62,928 nucleotides of DNA, filler included, from Olpidium bornovanus S191 (GCA_017911155.1; 34 parts of 34 records of this genome joined end to end with filler, not necessarily neighbours in it); one strand, 5' to 3'; counted from the whole stretch's first letter, positions 47,131 to 60,541 are shown. A program made the numbers and translations. The notes: generated by a model not told the origin, from the sequence alone.

Positions 47131-47614
47131 CCGCAGCATCACTGTCATGGACTCCTTGCAGGATACGTTCAACATCTGTGCAGACGACTCGCTTTGGAAC
47201 GCCACCATCGTGAGGCTGCCTCCATAATGTTGTGGGTGATGGTGTGTCCAGCGAAGGTTTTTTGGGTTTATGCCAGGGTTACCCTGGTATAAACCGTGAA
47301 AAAAAGCCAGGTGTGCGCCAAATACTCATCGAGTATTAGGTTAAGCTTAAAAAAGGTAGGAAGCCCCGTTGACGTTTTATTCTGGTTTTCATTGGTCTAT
47401 TTTCAAGGGGGCTCCATTTCCGGTAAATTTTTCCTGGGGTGCCTCTTTCCGTTGAACTTCTCCTCTCGGGGAATTTTATTCTGGCCACTATTGGGCTCCC
47501 CACGCACAACCCCTTCCTTTCCAAAATTTCCGAGCTGCTCCCCCCCCCCCCCCTCCCCCCCCCCCCCCCCCCCCCGTCCCCCCACAGCCCAGAGGGCTGA
47601 GATCTGCGGGGCGG

Positions 47615-47657
<43 letters not shown>

Positions 47658-47782
47658 GTTTGTGGGGGAAGGAGAAAAGTGAAGCCAGGGGGCGGGGGTG
47701 GGCCGGGGAAAAGGCAGGGGCGAGTTGGGCTGAAAGTGCGGGGTGCGGCGGCGAAAACGCACGGGGGCTGCCGCCCAGCTGT

Positions 47783-47816
<34 letters not shown>

Positions 47817-47916
47817 NNNNNNNNNNNNNNNNNNNNNNNNNNNNNNNNNNNNNNNNNNNNTTAATTAATTAANNNNNNNNNNNNNNNNNNNNNNNNNNNN
47901 NNNNNNNNNNNNNNNN

Positions 47917-48307
47917 CATGTTGACGGAGAATTTGGCAGCGGAGGAGCCGGAAATCGCGAGCGTGGCTGTGAGGCCCGGTGTTGTGGAGACGGAGATGCA
48001 GAAAATTATCCGCGATTCAGGTGCGGTTGGAACCCCCCGTTGGGAGCTCCCGTTGTTCTTGCTGATGCGTTTAGGGTCAAGTTTTTCACCCGCGCACCGG
48101 TGCCGCGTTTACGTTCTGCAAGGCGGAAAGGCAATGCGTCCGGAGGACCACGAGTTCTTCGTCGGCCTACGCAAGGACGGCCGGCTCGTCGCGCCGGAGC
48201 GGCCTGGCCGCGTCCTGGCCAAGCTCGCCGTTGGGCCAATACCAAAAGAACTGAACGGGAAGTTCGTCAGCTGGGACTCCGACGAACTCGAAGCGTTCCG
48301 GAAGTAG
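47917..48307 (+). CDS. Short-chain dehydrogenase/reductase (YIR035C/sepiapterin-reductase-like), C-terminal part
   Basis: LAAEEPEIASVAVRPGVVETEMQKIIRD, then after an intron LAKLAV...LNGKFVSWDSDELEAFRK*. Confidence 0.82.
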
Positions 48308-49757
48308 ATGTGGAAATTACCATTGCGTGCAGAGGGGAGAATTTCTTTTTTTGTGTGTTTCGACAAGTGCGGTGACTGCCCCATGTTGCTTTGAAAAGTA
48401 AAAGTGCATTTTTTTCAAAATCCACCTCACCAAAACTCCCTTCAAAATATCGAGGTCGGTAGGTGCCCCGCAAGCTAGGGACATAAGCTGCCTAGTCAGT
48501 CCGTCGCCTCCCCTGCCTCACAACCCCCTTTGAGATATAACCGAGAGCTAGGCTAAAAGCTACGAGCAGGGTACGACAACCGCAAGGTTGGCTAGAAACG
48601 TCAGCTACCGGTACAGCCTAGAGGCCGTTTTCGGGGTGGCTCGAAGAATGGGGCACGACTGCTCCGTTTACGGATCACAGACCGGCCGGAGAAGCTTTCC
48701 CATGGCTATACATGGACTGTGATGTCCGTCGTGCTTGAACAGAGCCGTCGAAGTCACTGACACCCCCACGTCTTCCCAAAGAGCGCCTGTCAGGCGCCCG
48801 CTCCTCCTGGAAGGATTGCCCTCGCCGCGTAGCGGTGAAAAGCTATTCTCAGGGTCGGAGTCAACAACAGGACCCGGTCTCCGTTGCTGATACGCAGACG
48901 ACTCCGTTGGACTCCACGCCGGTAGGCGAATAATACGTTCGGCATAAATCATATTGCCATTTTTTGAAAAACTCCCTCACGAAGTCCGTGCGGGTCGGGC
49001 CGTTTGAACGAACGCAACAAGGCGTAATCTAGAATCCCAAGAGCAGATGAACGTCAAACGATCTCGGGGTGGTGACTCGCAGGAATGGGGCTGCCATCTG
49101 ACGGAAGACCATCCAATTCGTCTGATTGGATCCTGGCGGAGTCCCGATGGAAATTGGGGTTCCCGCGAGATTGGGAGGAGATGAAGACATCGATGATGCC
49201 GTTTGAGACAATGAGATTATTGAATGCCGAGATTGATGCTACCGTTTTCCTCACGACTACTTTGGAGTGGGAGGTGGAGGTGGGGCACGGGGGCGGTATA
49301 GGGAACCAAAGTCACCACTAGTGAAAACCACCACGTGTTTGTGCTTGAGGTCACGCTGCATCTCGGGGTTGCCGGCGCGTAAAGGCCCCAAGAGGTTGGG
49401 TAGATTTCGAGAAAAACAGACACGGATTTCTTGTCGGAACCCCGTGCCCAGGAAAATCGCAGGGTTAAAATGCGCCGCAACGGCTGTCTTGTGTAAGCGC
49501 GGAAAAAAACAGCGGGCGCCGGAAAACCATGCCTGCCATGATTCGACCCGTAATCTCGGAGGTGGCCGCCGTAAAGCAGGGGGGGTCATTCGGCTATTGG
49601 GGGTAGCTCCCGAGCCAGGACCTGGAAATTTGGCAGGTGCAGTTCCTTGTTTCCATANNNNNNNNNNNNNNNNNNNNNNNNNNNNNNNNNNNNNNNNNNN
49701 NTTAATTAATTAANNNNNNNNNNNNNNNNNNNNNNNNNNNNNNNNNNNNNNNNNNNN

Positions 49758-51558
49758 GGACGCGGATAACTCAACATCCCTCTGACGGCCACCCACTTGT
49801 AAGACGGTATGTGCACCTTGCCCGACAGCTACATCTTCTTCCCCAAGCAGTTTGTACTCGTCGCTGAAGAGATCCATGATCTCGTTCTGCTGCAGCGCTT
49901 GCTCGAATCTGCGGTTTCAGTCGTAAAGATCACCTTACATCGGCCATCGCAGGCGGTTCTCAATAGCCCTGAACGCGAGGCGTGATATCCGACCACACCT
50001 AACAGAGACTTCATTCACAAATCTCTTCATTTCCTGGCTTGCCATCCGTGCCTGACATTCCTGCGCAGGGTAAGATATAGGCTCATACTGGACTCCAAAA
50101 TTGACGGATCTGTTCCTGTTGAAGACTCCGGTGAGGAATTTGCAGCCAGCAACTTGCGGCGAGACGCCACATTTTCTCTCCTCACCAAGTGGTCTGGACA
50201 CCCGTATCCACCATGACGGGAAGCGCCTAAGAGATAAGATGTTCGGACAGTGTTGAAACACGCACCGCACGCACACAGAGCTGTATATGTTCGTGTCATG
50301 ATGCAGTCAAAGTCACGCAAACCTGGATGGCGACATCCAACTCCATCTTTGTCAGCCCGTAGTTGGCATCTCTGTAAGGTCGGCATTCGACAGAAACCTC
50401 CTGCCCGGCATCTCTGTCGTCAAACTTGCAAGGGGCTCCAAACTCGCGCCGCTTCCTCGTGAATTTGATGTGAATCTATGGCCGCCCTGAGTTAAACCAG
50501 GCTCTTTGTTTTTCATTCGCATTTCGCATTTCGGTGTTCCGAGGCTGGGGAATTGAAAAGGTGCACCGACCAAGTCGCGCGTCGGCTTTACTTGCATTGA
50601 TTCAATTTCTGCTTCACTGCCCAAGGACACCCATTCCTTTCGGACGGGTGCAGAGACCAATTCCGGAGGCATCTCGTGCATCTCCATCAACGGCTGATTT
50701 CAAACGTTGATTTTTTGAGTACCGGCGCTGAACTCGAGTTTATTCCACACCGTAAATAGAGATGGACACGCCAGAGATGGAAATGCGCCGCGTCGGGTTC
50801 CAAGGGAAAAAAATACGCCCTCCTCTCCCTACAGCCACCGACCTGGGTAATGCTCTCGAGTGCGGCTTGCGTGACTGGCATCAGAAAATTTTGTCCGAAT
50901 TTGAAATCCGCATCATACACGAGCAAGAACTCGTCCCCTGAATAATCCTGCGTGAGCAGCATCCCGGCGCGGACACCAGTGAGTACCGAGGCATGGGGCA
51001 AGAATCAACGTGAAGGCGCCGCCATGGACGTACTGTAATTTTCTGCTTTAGTGGCGTGAAATCCGATATTGCCAACCTGGTCAGCATGTCGGACAGGATG
51101 TCCGCTTTCGGGATTGCTTTGTACGGGTTCTCCCTTGTGACGTCCCGCCCTCCGACCAATGCAAACAGCTCCTGAGTCTGCGTCGTCAAGAATATCGGTT
51201 CCAGGCCGTCGCAGGCCGTGATCTGGTCGACCGGGAAGAATGCGGACGTTCGCGGCGGAGAAGGGTCGGCGTTGGCAGATGCAGCCCCGGGTACGGCGGC
51301 GCCAGGCTCGCCATTCGGCCCCTGCGGTGCGACCTCCTCCTGCCCGTGCTGCATCTCCACCGGAGCGAAAAATTCGGCCGCAAGTGCGGTTCCGCTGCCG
51401 GTGCCGCCGTCGCTCTCGGCGGCGATATTTTGCGGCTGGCGCGGATCGTGTGCCGGCTGCGCGGCCGCCGGCGAATTGTCGGTGTGTTGCACCGGTCCAG
51501 AAGGCGGAGCGACCGGATCGGCCGGGGCGGATTCCGGAGGGCTGTCGTCGCTCGCCAT
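49758..51558 (-). CDS. DNAI3: Dynein axonemal intermediate chain 3 (WDR63/IC140), N-terminal part, multi-exon
   Basis: PIFLTTQTQELF...ENPYKAIPKADILSDM...AISDFTPLK, DYSGDEFLLVYDADFKFGQNF, WVSLGSEAEIE and EQALQQNEIMDLF match the WDR63 N-terminus. Confidence 0.88.
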
Positions 51559-52299
51559 ATGGAGGCGGAAGGGGTTCCGCGCGACGGTTGATCAGGAGCG
51601 ATCGACGGATTCTCGGCAGGTCGCGGGGACGGCGGGACGGAGGTGCGGCCCGCGGCGGGCGGACGAGAACGCGCCGCGCCGGGGCATGCTTTGCAACCGT
51701 GGATAAAATATTTTTGACGCCCGCCGCTCATTTGCCTTTCCAGGAAAACTACGGAAGGGAAGGTCATTTGCACACTTTGCTCTTTTCCGGATGTCCAGCA
51801 AGANNNNNNNNNNNNNNNNNNNNNNNNNNNNNNNNNNNNNNNNNNNNTTAATTAATTAANNNNNNNNNNNNNNNNNNNNNNNNNNNNNNNNNNNNNNNNN
51901 NNNAATCTGAGGCGATACAGGAAGCGATCGTCAACCAGGCTTTGATATTATTGTCACGCAAATTTTGAAGTTCTACTTTCTCGTTCGGTTCTTTCTTTCG
52001 TCCTTATCTTTTTCTCGCAACATGCGCTCACGACAGCCGAGCTTGTCTAGGCTGTCGCGAAGTCTTCCGTCACGTGACTTTGCTTTGGCCGCGTTCTTGG
52101 GTTTTTGTACTCTCTTTTTGGCTTTGTCCGAAGGTCTCGATCTTCCAGCAACTTCCCCCTCCTCCCCCCCCCCACCCCGCCCTGCACCCCCGCAGGCCGT
52201 TCTTCTCTTTCCCATCCCGTCTTTTCGCTCGCTTCTCAATGACGCGTTTCGTTCTGTCGTCCTCTGCCCCAATCTCGGCCGCTATCGCCAACCGTCTCC

Positions 52300-53162
52300 T
52301 TGACACGGCCACCCGTCGTACCTTTTTATTTTTCCATCGACTTCGTGATTCGCGCAACCTTCCCGCCGCGGTTGCCGCCTGTGTCACAGATCGCCCTACG
52401 GCGGAGCAACAATGCACCCCCCCACAGCGAAATAATACGCTTGATTCACTACGCCTGGCGCTTTCACGCCGTTTATGAAGCCCGGGGATTTTGCGGCGTG
52501 TGTTGCCCTTCTTCAGTGGATCGGCAATCTCCTTAAGATCCCTTTCCTGCAAACTCGGCCCGTGCCTTTTCCCCTTTTTCTCTTTTCTCGAAGGCTCCGC
52601 CAATCCGTAATTGAAGCGTTCCTTCGAGTTATGAATTGGCCGTCCCGCGTTCTGGCTCCCGCTCAATCCTCAAGGCTTTGAACTTTTGTTTATCCTGTCT
52701 GACACCTGCTACTGTGGGCCGAGCAGACCCCGGGATCAAAATTACGATCCTTATCCTGCAATCGTCGCCAACAACAGCTACATTCAAGTTCATATGTTGG
52801 TACGCCCCGGCTCGCCGCCTCGCCCCGACACGGTGCTGCCAGAAAACGGCCCTCCTCAAGTTTCGCCTCGCACCCGCCAGTCGTGGTTTCCTACTCCGCG
52901 ACAAAATGCTGCGACCTACAATTTTGTCCGTCGGGTTATTATCGCGCGCAAATATGTTCCTGTCTTTATCTCTCGCGTCGACCAGGGCCAAGTCCAGTCT
53001 CAGAACTTTCTGTTCGCTGACGTGTGGCGTGACTGCACGTTGCAAACGTCGGAAATGATAACTCAGGCAACCACAAAACGGCGGCAACGACAATCCTGCG
53101 GGCGGCGCTTCATCGCCCAGGGCGGATCGTCGTGTCGCGTGACTCAGTTGCAATCCCGCATG
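52300..53162 (-). CDS. Uncharacterised multi-exon protein fragment
   Basis: Exon-like stretches (HVSEQKVLRLDLALVDARDKD; HMNLNVAVVGDDCRIRIV; IHNSKERFNYG) bounded by GT/AG; plus-strand ORFs here read like antisense shadows. Confidence 0.35.
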
Positions 53163-54426
53163 NNNNNNNNNNNNNNNNNNNNNNNNNNNNNNNNNNNNNN
53201 NNNNNNTTAATTAATTAANNNNNNNNNNNNNNNNNNNNNNNNNNNNNNNNNNNNNNNNNNNNATTTTCGAATGAATCTGATGAAACAAATAACTCCCCTT
53301 CTAGACGGCAGGGCGAAACGCGGCTTCTCCTCTCCTTCACACGGACGCAGCCGCTCCTTTGCAACTCTCCTTTAAAGGCCATGTTGCAGCAAACAGCTGC
53401 GGCGTGGGTTGCGGCGTGCTCGCAAGAGAGGAGTCGGTTAAATCGACGCTCAGGAAATGGGTTGCCGAGGCTCCGTTTACAACAACTCCGGCGGGACTCA
53501 CTTTCGGACGACTGCCGGGCGAAGTTATCAAGTTTGCGTTAGAAAAACGGCGTTTACGGAGTGGGCGCGCGCCAAAAAAAAAAAAAAAAAAATACTTTAC
53601 GTGCCTACGTGCACAGCCCTCCTCCTTTTTCTTTTTTTTTCCCTGGGCAACCGCTGGTCAGGCCGTGTTTATTGTGCCCGGCTCGCTTCGTGTCAACTGC
53701 TGCTGGCAGAAACGCCAGCAAACGACCGGAGGTGACGTCTGCGTGCCAACGACGGCGGTTGGAGACTTGTGCTAAAGCACGCTGTTTCCGGGCGCCTTCC
53801 GTTCCGGGTTTGCGGCGGCAGGGGTCCCTTGAGGCTGCGGTAGCTTGGGCTTCCGGGTTAGCTTCGGCTTCCGGGCTTGGGCTTGTGCGGGCGTCCTCGT
53901 CTCGCGGCGGTCAAAGTGCTTTCCCCTTCAACTCCCCCGGGCCGCCCGCGTCGTGCAACTCCGGCGAGTAAGCGCACCGGACTGTCAAACGGGTGGCGTC
54001 GCTGGCCGACGACGCCGGCGAGGGAAAGGAAGAAAAAAAAGAAAAGAAAACAGAAAAAGGAAAAAAGAAAAAACTGGGAAAAGCCAGAGGCGGAAGCACG
54101 CTGTGGGAACGCGAAAGGAAGAGGACCGCGGTGTTGTAACTGCAGAAAGGCAAACGCGACAGGCGAACGGCGGACCGGGAAACGCGGGCGCGTAAGGCGT
54201 CCGGGCGGGCGGCACGACTTTTTCTCACGGGGTCCTCTTCGCCACTTCGGCCCGCGCGGAGGGAGGGGGGGGGGGGGGGGGGGGGGGGGGCCCGGGGGGC
54301 CGGGGGGGGGGGGGGGNNNNNNNNNNNNNNNNNNNNNNNNNNNNNNNNNNNNNNNNNNNNTTAATTAATTAANNNNNNNNNNNNNNNNNNNNNNNNNNNN
54401 NNNNNNNNNNNNNNNNCGGCCCCCCT

Positions 54427-54466
<40 letters not shown>

Positions 54467-55686
54467 TTCCCCGCCTGTGCGGGCCCGGTGTGTGCGGGGG
54501 TTGGAGGTGTCTCCCGTTCCTCGCCCGCTCCCCTCCCCCCTTTTCCACCCGTCTGCGGGGGGGGGCAGAGAGAGGGGGGGGGGGGTGTGCGCGTTCGGTA
54601 ATAATAAGGGGGGGGGGGAAGGGGGGAAGCCGCGTTCTTCTTGGCCCGCGTTCGGGACGTTTTTTAAACAGAACTCACGTGTTTTTCGGTTGCATCGACT
54701 CGTGAACGTTTGCACACATCGACGACGCCCGGCGCTTTCTTTCTCTGAATCGGATGAAATTCGCGTGCACGTAGGCCTTTCGTGAATCCGCCTTTTCTTT
54801 CACGTCTTGAAATTGCGCCGTCGTTGAATGCAATGCAAGTGCAGGCTCTTGAGGCGTGAGATAACGGGATACTTTTGCGACGGAAATAGTCAAACAGTTT
54901 TGTATGCGCATCGTGTAAAACGCGTCGGCGGGTTCCGAATTGCGCTGGGCGCCAGGGCCAACAACAGGCCGTTGGCTGCCCGGATGGACTGGCCAGTTGC
55001 GGTAGAACGGGTAGGTTCCGGCCGCATGGTTGCAAAGGGCCAGCGGCTTAGTCATATTCAACGTGTCTGGTGGTGGCAGCTCGATATTCCTGTAACACTG
55101 ATGGGATTATCCCTGGCAAAACAGGCGTATTAACGTGGTGTTTACGTGGTGTTTACTAGTGACGTTAATAACACACCCGAGTTTTTTTTTTTTTTTTTAT
55201 TTCACCTGCCGGCCCATACGCATGCTCGAATTTGTGAAGCGCACGAAACCAGCGCGCTTGCGGTGGTCACGTGACCTCCGACCCTCGTCGCGTCGTGCGC
55301 CACTCGGTCGCCGGGCGGACAGTCCGCCATTTCCTCGCAACCGCGCCCTCCTCGTTCGCGCGTGCCACACCCCCGGGGCGGTTTCACCGGCGCGGCCAGC
55401 AGATCCCGCTCTCTTGTGCGGCTCCGGTGAACCCGGCCATCCCGCCCCGTCGCCCGAACAAGCCTCGCGCCTCGATCACTCAGACGGGGTTCCGCGTGGC
55501 TCTCGATCCGCCCTGCTTCACCCCCGTTGGCGCCCGGGCACCGGGGCCCTCCGAAATAGACGGTTCCAAACCGCGGACCGGCCCGTGCGGGACCCGCAAG
55601 ACGGCGACGCGGTGCCGCAAAGTTGGCCAACAGGCCGCCACGGCCCTTTGCGTCCCCCCCTTTTTTTGTTGTTGCCTTGATCAACA

Positions 55687-56136
55687 ATGTCCCTTTCGGC
55701 GGAACCGTTCAAGCTGGCAGGCATCACCCTGAATACCGAGGAGCGAGCATGCCTGGCCAACTCGCTCACGCTCCTGCGGGATTCACAGAAGTTTGCGGTC
55801 GCGGACCTCTGGGGCGTGATCCAAGGGGTCCAGAAGGACTACTACGTCGCCCGCTGCAGGCCGGATGATTCCCTGATGGAGGGGAAGTACTTCTACAGGT
55901 CTGGCTCGGGCGGGGCGGCATCGACCTTTTCCCGCAAAACGGGGCCGATCCGGAAAGTTCATTCTCGGAACAAACACACGAACGAAAAAAAAAATTACCT
56001 CTCGTCGCTTCAGCACGGACGCGACCACTTGGGTTCAGCTGCCCCAAGTCGGCGAGCAAGAGCGCGTCCGCGCGGCAACCCTGCAATCCAAGTTCACCGG
56101 CGACCCGGCGTACGAGAGCCTCCAGAGCGCGCGTAA
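55687..56136 (+). CDS. RSPH9: Radial spoke head protein 9, N-terminal part
   Basis: GITLNTEERACLANSL...LWGVIQGVQKDYYVA...KYFY, then after an intron ...WVQLP...FTGDPAYE. Confidence 0.85.
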   Translation: MSLSAEPFKLAGITLNTEERACLANSLTLLRDSQKFAVADLWGVIQGVQKDYYVARCRPDDSLMEGKYFYRSGSGGAASTFSRKTGPIRKVHSRNKHTNEKKNYLSSLQHGRDHLGSAAPSRRARARPRGNPAIQVHRRPGVREPPERA

Positions 56137-56429
56137 GCCCTCCTCAGTGTCCTCAAACGTTTGGCCGCCGCCGGTTAATCTGTGGCCGGGGGTGGTGGTG
56201 GGGGGGGGGGGGGGGTGGGGGGAAGGGGGTGGGGACACCGATGGCGCCTCTCATCTTGTAAAAGTTCCCCTCTAGCCGTCACCATTCCCCGCAGGCCGTC
56301 CACAGGTCCCACTTGCCTCGTCGCCTTCCNNNNNNNNNNNNNNNNNNNNNNNNNNNNNNNNNNNNNNNNNNNNTTAATTAATTAANNNNNNNNNNNNNNN
56401 NNNNNNNNNNNNNNNNNNNNNNNNNNNNN

Positions 56430-57710
56430 CATGCATAAACAGACCGGACCTTCACAAGGGTTGTCTTGCTGCATCCGGGAGGTCCGTACAGCAGGATCCC
56501 ACGAGGAGGTCGCAAACCCAGCCGCTTAAACGTCGCTTTGTGCTTCAGCGGCCACTCGACGGCCTGCCGGAGTTTCTGTCTCCGGCCGCGCGCGCAGAGA
56601 GCGATGTCAAACCGTCCGAATCGATGTCGACGTTCGTAAGCTCGGGCACCCAGGCGACGCGTCGTTCGCGCTAAGGGAACGCGCCAACACGGTCTCACCT
56701 TTTTGACGAGTTCCAGCCCTCCGACGTCGCTCCACTTGACGGAACCCGGCTCAACCGTCACCGCGGAGCCCGCGGCCCGACGCTTCGCCGGCTGCATCTT
56801 AGCCATGGCCATCTTGAAATCCGCCATGGCCACGCGTGGCTCCCTGTGGAGCATCACCCGCTCCCGGCTTTAGGACACGCGAAAAACAATTCCGATGTGC
56901 TCCTCAGCGAGGTCCGATCCACTTACTCATCCGGAGGGTCCAGGAGTTTCCACCTCTCGACAGCAACCACGGCCGCTTCGAGGCATAGACTGGCGAGGTC
57001 GGCCCCCGCGTACCCGTTCGTGGACTCCGCCAACGCACGCAGGTCAACGTCATGCGCGAGCGGCATAGAGCCGGCCCGGTGTTCCAGAATGCGCTGACGC
57101 GCGGATTGCCCGGGCATGTCTATAGCGATTTCGCGGTCGAACCTACGAGTGTGCGTGTGTGTGTGTGTGTGGGGGGGTGGGGGTCAGAAAACGTCGTCAC
57201 AGGGCAGCACCAGAAGAAGTCTCACGTGTACATCCGCTCGGAGCCAATTGACGGCTCGACTCACCGTCCGGGACGCCGCAAAGCCGGATCTATCGCGTTT
57301 GGCCGGTTCGTCGCTCCGATGACCACGAGGCTGCCCCGGGCCTGAATGCCGTCCATCAGCGTGAGCAGCTGGGCGACGACGCGGGTTTCGTGCAACCGCG
57401 ATCCTTCCCGGTTGGGCGTGAGGGCGTCCTGCAATGTTGTTTTTTGTGCCGCCGTGAGCGTAAGCGCGCATCGGGGAAAAAAAAAAAAAAAAAAAAAAAA
57501 AAGATTACGGGCTCCTGGATATTTTTGTTTTTTTCGTCGGAAAACGCGAGCAACCATTTTTACCAGCTCGTCGATAAACAGTATGCACGGGCGCTCCCCG
57601 TCGGCTTCCGCCGCAGCAGCGGCCTGGCCGAACGTCCGGCGCAGCGTCTCTTCGCTCTCGCCTGCGTACGAGCCGAAAACATCAGCGCCGTTGAGAATCA
57701 CCTGGCCGGG
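56430..57710 (-). CDS. AFG2/SPATA5-family tandem AAA+ ATPase, internal fragment
   Basis: D1: [50 protein letters not shown]2: WSDVGGL...LRQAVEWPL...[13 protein letters not shown]. Confidence 0.9.
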
Positions 57711-57712
57711 TG

Positions 57713-57754
<42 letters not shown>

Positions 57755-57905
57755 CGGGGGGGGGGGGGGGGGGAGGGGAGGGCGGGGGGGGGGGGGGGGG
57801 GCAGGNNNNNNNNNNNNNNNNNNNNNNNNNNNNNNNNNNNNNNNNNNNNTTAATTAATTAANNNNNNNNNNNNNNNNNNNNNNNNNNNNNNNNNNNNNNN
57901 NNNNN

Positions 57906-58370
57906 CATGGACTTACTATTGGTTCACCGCCGGGGAAATGGAAACGCGGTCACGTCGGAACCCGAGACGTGTATCGTCGGCCCTCCCACGACCTCAGACG
58001 CAGCCTGCGCTAAAAGGCTATTGCCCACAGAGCACCGCACGGGAGTATTTGACAAGCTCCCCTTGTATCTTTTTTTTTTCAAAGAAGGGAGATTTCCCAC
58101 ACAAGGAGGGGAAAAACTCTTTGGTCGGCTCTCTGGTGTGGCGAAGGATCGGCATTGCGAGCAAGGTGACTCCCAGAAACGTTTCGGAAAACGGCTCGGC
58201 CACTCTGTTCTCCGGCTGCGTGTGGGCCTCTTCCCCTGGAACCCGAAGAACGCGCGACATGACACCGGACCAGCTTTTACAGTCTCGAGAGGAACCGGCC
58301 TTGGGAACGAACAGGTTGGCCGGGCCGTCGAGAGACACGACGTGAGGCATGACATTGGGGAATGACAGAC
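57906..58370 (-). CDS. Possible exon(s) of an uncharacterised gene divergent from ISA1
   Basis: Open frame MPHVVSLDGPANLFVPK... with splice-like sites; no motif recognised. Confidence 0.25.
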
Positions 58371-58759
58371 GGTGTGCTCTGCCCGGCAGAATGCGGCAGT
58401 GTGCCGTGCCACTCGTTGAGCCGCAGAGCAGCAGATTAGAGCAGATAAGAGCAGATGAGGGAGGACAGAAAAAGAGTAAAATTTTTTTCTTCTTCTTCTT
58501 CCTTTCCTTTCCACCCCCCAGCCACACACTCACCCCGCACCAGAACAGAAACAGAACAGAACGAACGAGAACGAAACCCGCTTTGAGCGGCGCCGAGCGA
58601 AAACGCACGCACGCAAGCCGCCGCACACCGCTAGCAGCCGCAGCAGCCGTAGCAGCAGCAGCAGCAGCAGGCGGTAACGAGAACCGAAAAAGCAACCTCC
58701 CGGCCCTTCCCCCCCCCCGGCACAGCGGTTACCAGCGCCTGGTAACCCTCCCGGTCCCC

Positions 58760-59648
58760 ATGCTTACCGCAGCGGTGAGAAACGCAACGGCGACGGCAGC
58801 GGCGGCGGCGGCAGCGGCACGGCCGGGGGCGGCGGGCGCAACGACTGGAGCAGCGCGGGCGGCGGCTGCGGGTGCCCGCGCGACAGCCGCGGCGGCCGCC
58901 GCGCGCCCGGCAGCAACCGCGCCGCCACCACCGGCTGCTGCAAAAACGAATACGGCGAATGCCGGCGCGGACAGGCCAGCTGGCCGGGCCCCGAGGTCGC
59001 GGAAAGCCGTACTAACGCTGGTGAGGCGCCCGACGACGCCGTCCTTGGTTGCAGTAGGGGGCGCACGGTCGTAGCCTCGCCGTTGGCGTCCTTGTCTAAC
59101 CAACGAATTCCGGCTCTCTCTCGCGACCTCTTTTTCTGAGAGACGCCCGCAGCGGTCAAAAGGCTGAAGGAGATGTCGGCGAACCAGCCGCTCGCGGAGG
59201 AAGAAACGCAGCCGGGCGCAAAAACGGGGGAGTCCGGCGCGCCGGGCCGAAGTATGCTTCGAGTCGGCGTGAAAGCTCGGGGCTGCTCGGGCCTGCAGTA
59301 CACGCTCGAGTTCACCAAGGAGAAAGGCAAGTTCGACGAGGTCGTCACCCAGGATGGTGCGTCGGTGGTGCCTGTCTTTTCCTTACTGGACAGAGTTTTG
59401 TAGCTGCGGCAGCAAGCAGTCTGCCGTGTCATTCGATTCGCGACCAAAAGCTGTTCTGTCCTAAGCTCCGCTGATGCCCTCCTGCCCGAACTTTGACAGG
59501 TGTGACGGTTTTGGTCGAGTCCAAAGCCCTTCTGAGCATCTTGGGTTCCGAGATGGACTACGCCGAGGGCAAGCTCTTCTCCCAGTTCGTCTTCCATAAT
59601 CCAAACGTCAAAGAGTCGTGCGGCTGCGGATTGTCGTTCATGGTGTGA
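58760..59648 (+). CDS. ISA1: Mitochondrial iron-sulfur cluster assembly protein ISA1/IscA (3 exons)
   Basis: An Ala/Arg-rich presequence precedes LTL/TPAAVKRL, RVGVKARGCSGLQY and FVFHNPNVKESCGCGLSFMV*. Confidence 0.93.
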
Positions 59649-60075
59649 GCCGGTGCAGCCAAGCCCGGACGTTTTTGAGGTACTTCCACGCTGAACAGGG
59701 GGGGGGGTGGGGGTTATTATCACTCTGTCAAGCGGAGGCCGCTGACAGTTTCGCAGGCGGTTATTTATGACGGCCGCGTTTGCGGCCGGGCCTTATCCCA
59801 ACAGGGCTCACGCCACGTTCTGTTGGGGGGAAAAGTCCGGTCTGCCGCGTCAAACATGGTTTCATAGCCGATGACTTCTTAGCATAATGTGTCATCATTA
59901 TTACCTGAGTCCGTTGTCAGGAAAGCTGCAGAAGGCGGACCCTTGACAAAATGCGGCGCCCGGGGGCCCAGGTGANNNNNNNNNNNNNNNNNNNNNNNNN
60001 NNNNNNNNNNNNNNNNNNNTTAATTAATTAANNNNNNNNNNNNNNNNNNNNNNNNNNNNNNNNNNNNNNNNNNNN

Positions 60076-60165
<90 letters not shown>

Positions 60166-60541
60166 GGCGAGCAACGTACCCATTGAACGAGCCTCTTGAC
60201 GAGGTCGACCTTTCCGCCGTCGGTTGAAAGATCGCGCTCCCTGCACAAATCTGCAAGGGGTGGGGTGGGGGGGGGGGACGGTTTTCTCGGGGGGTAAGCA
60301 TCAACGGCCCTTCGCCTTTTTTTTTTTTTTTTTTTTTGAGACCCGCAGGGTTTTCTCGATGCCCCGGGAGGAAGAGGGGGATTTGGATAGGGGACGAAAA
60401 CACGCCGGGTGGGGGGGTGGGGGGGCCGGGGAACTCACTCTGCAAAGTTTGGAGGCTGTGCCTGTTCAGAGTGAAAGCGTTCTGGTCATCCAGGTTGCCG
60501 GGGACGACGGCGCCGGACGCGTTGACGTTGAAGAAGACCAT
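60076..60541 (-). CDS. SAP-domain protein, N-terminal part
   Basis: The in-frame splice gives LNRHSLQTLQNLCRERDLSTDGGKVDLVKRLVQW, matching the SAP consensus LxxLxxxxLxxxCxxxGLxxxGxKxxLvxRL. Confidence 0.75.

Noticed and set aside
48577-48590. CAACC-GCAA-GGTTG GNRA hairpin suggesting a structured RNA
   Set aside because: A 5-bp stem plus GNRA loop is expected about once or twice by chance in this much sequence, and no larger fold was recognised.
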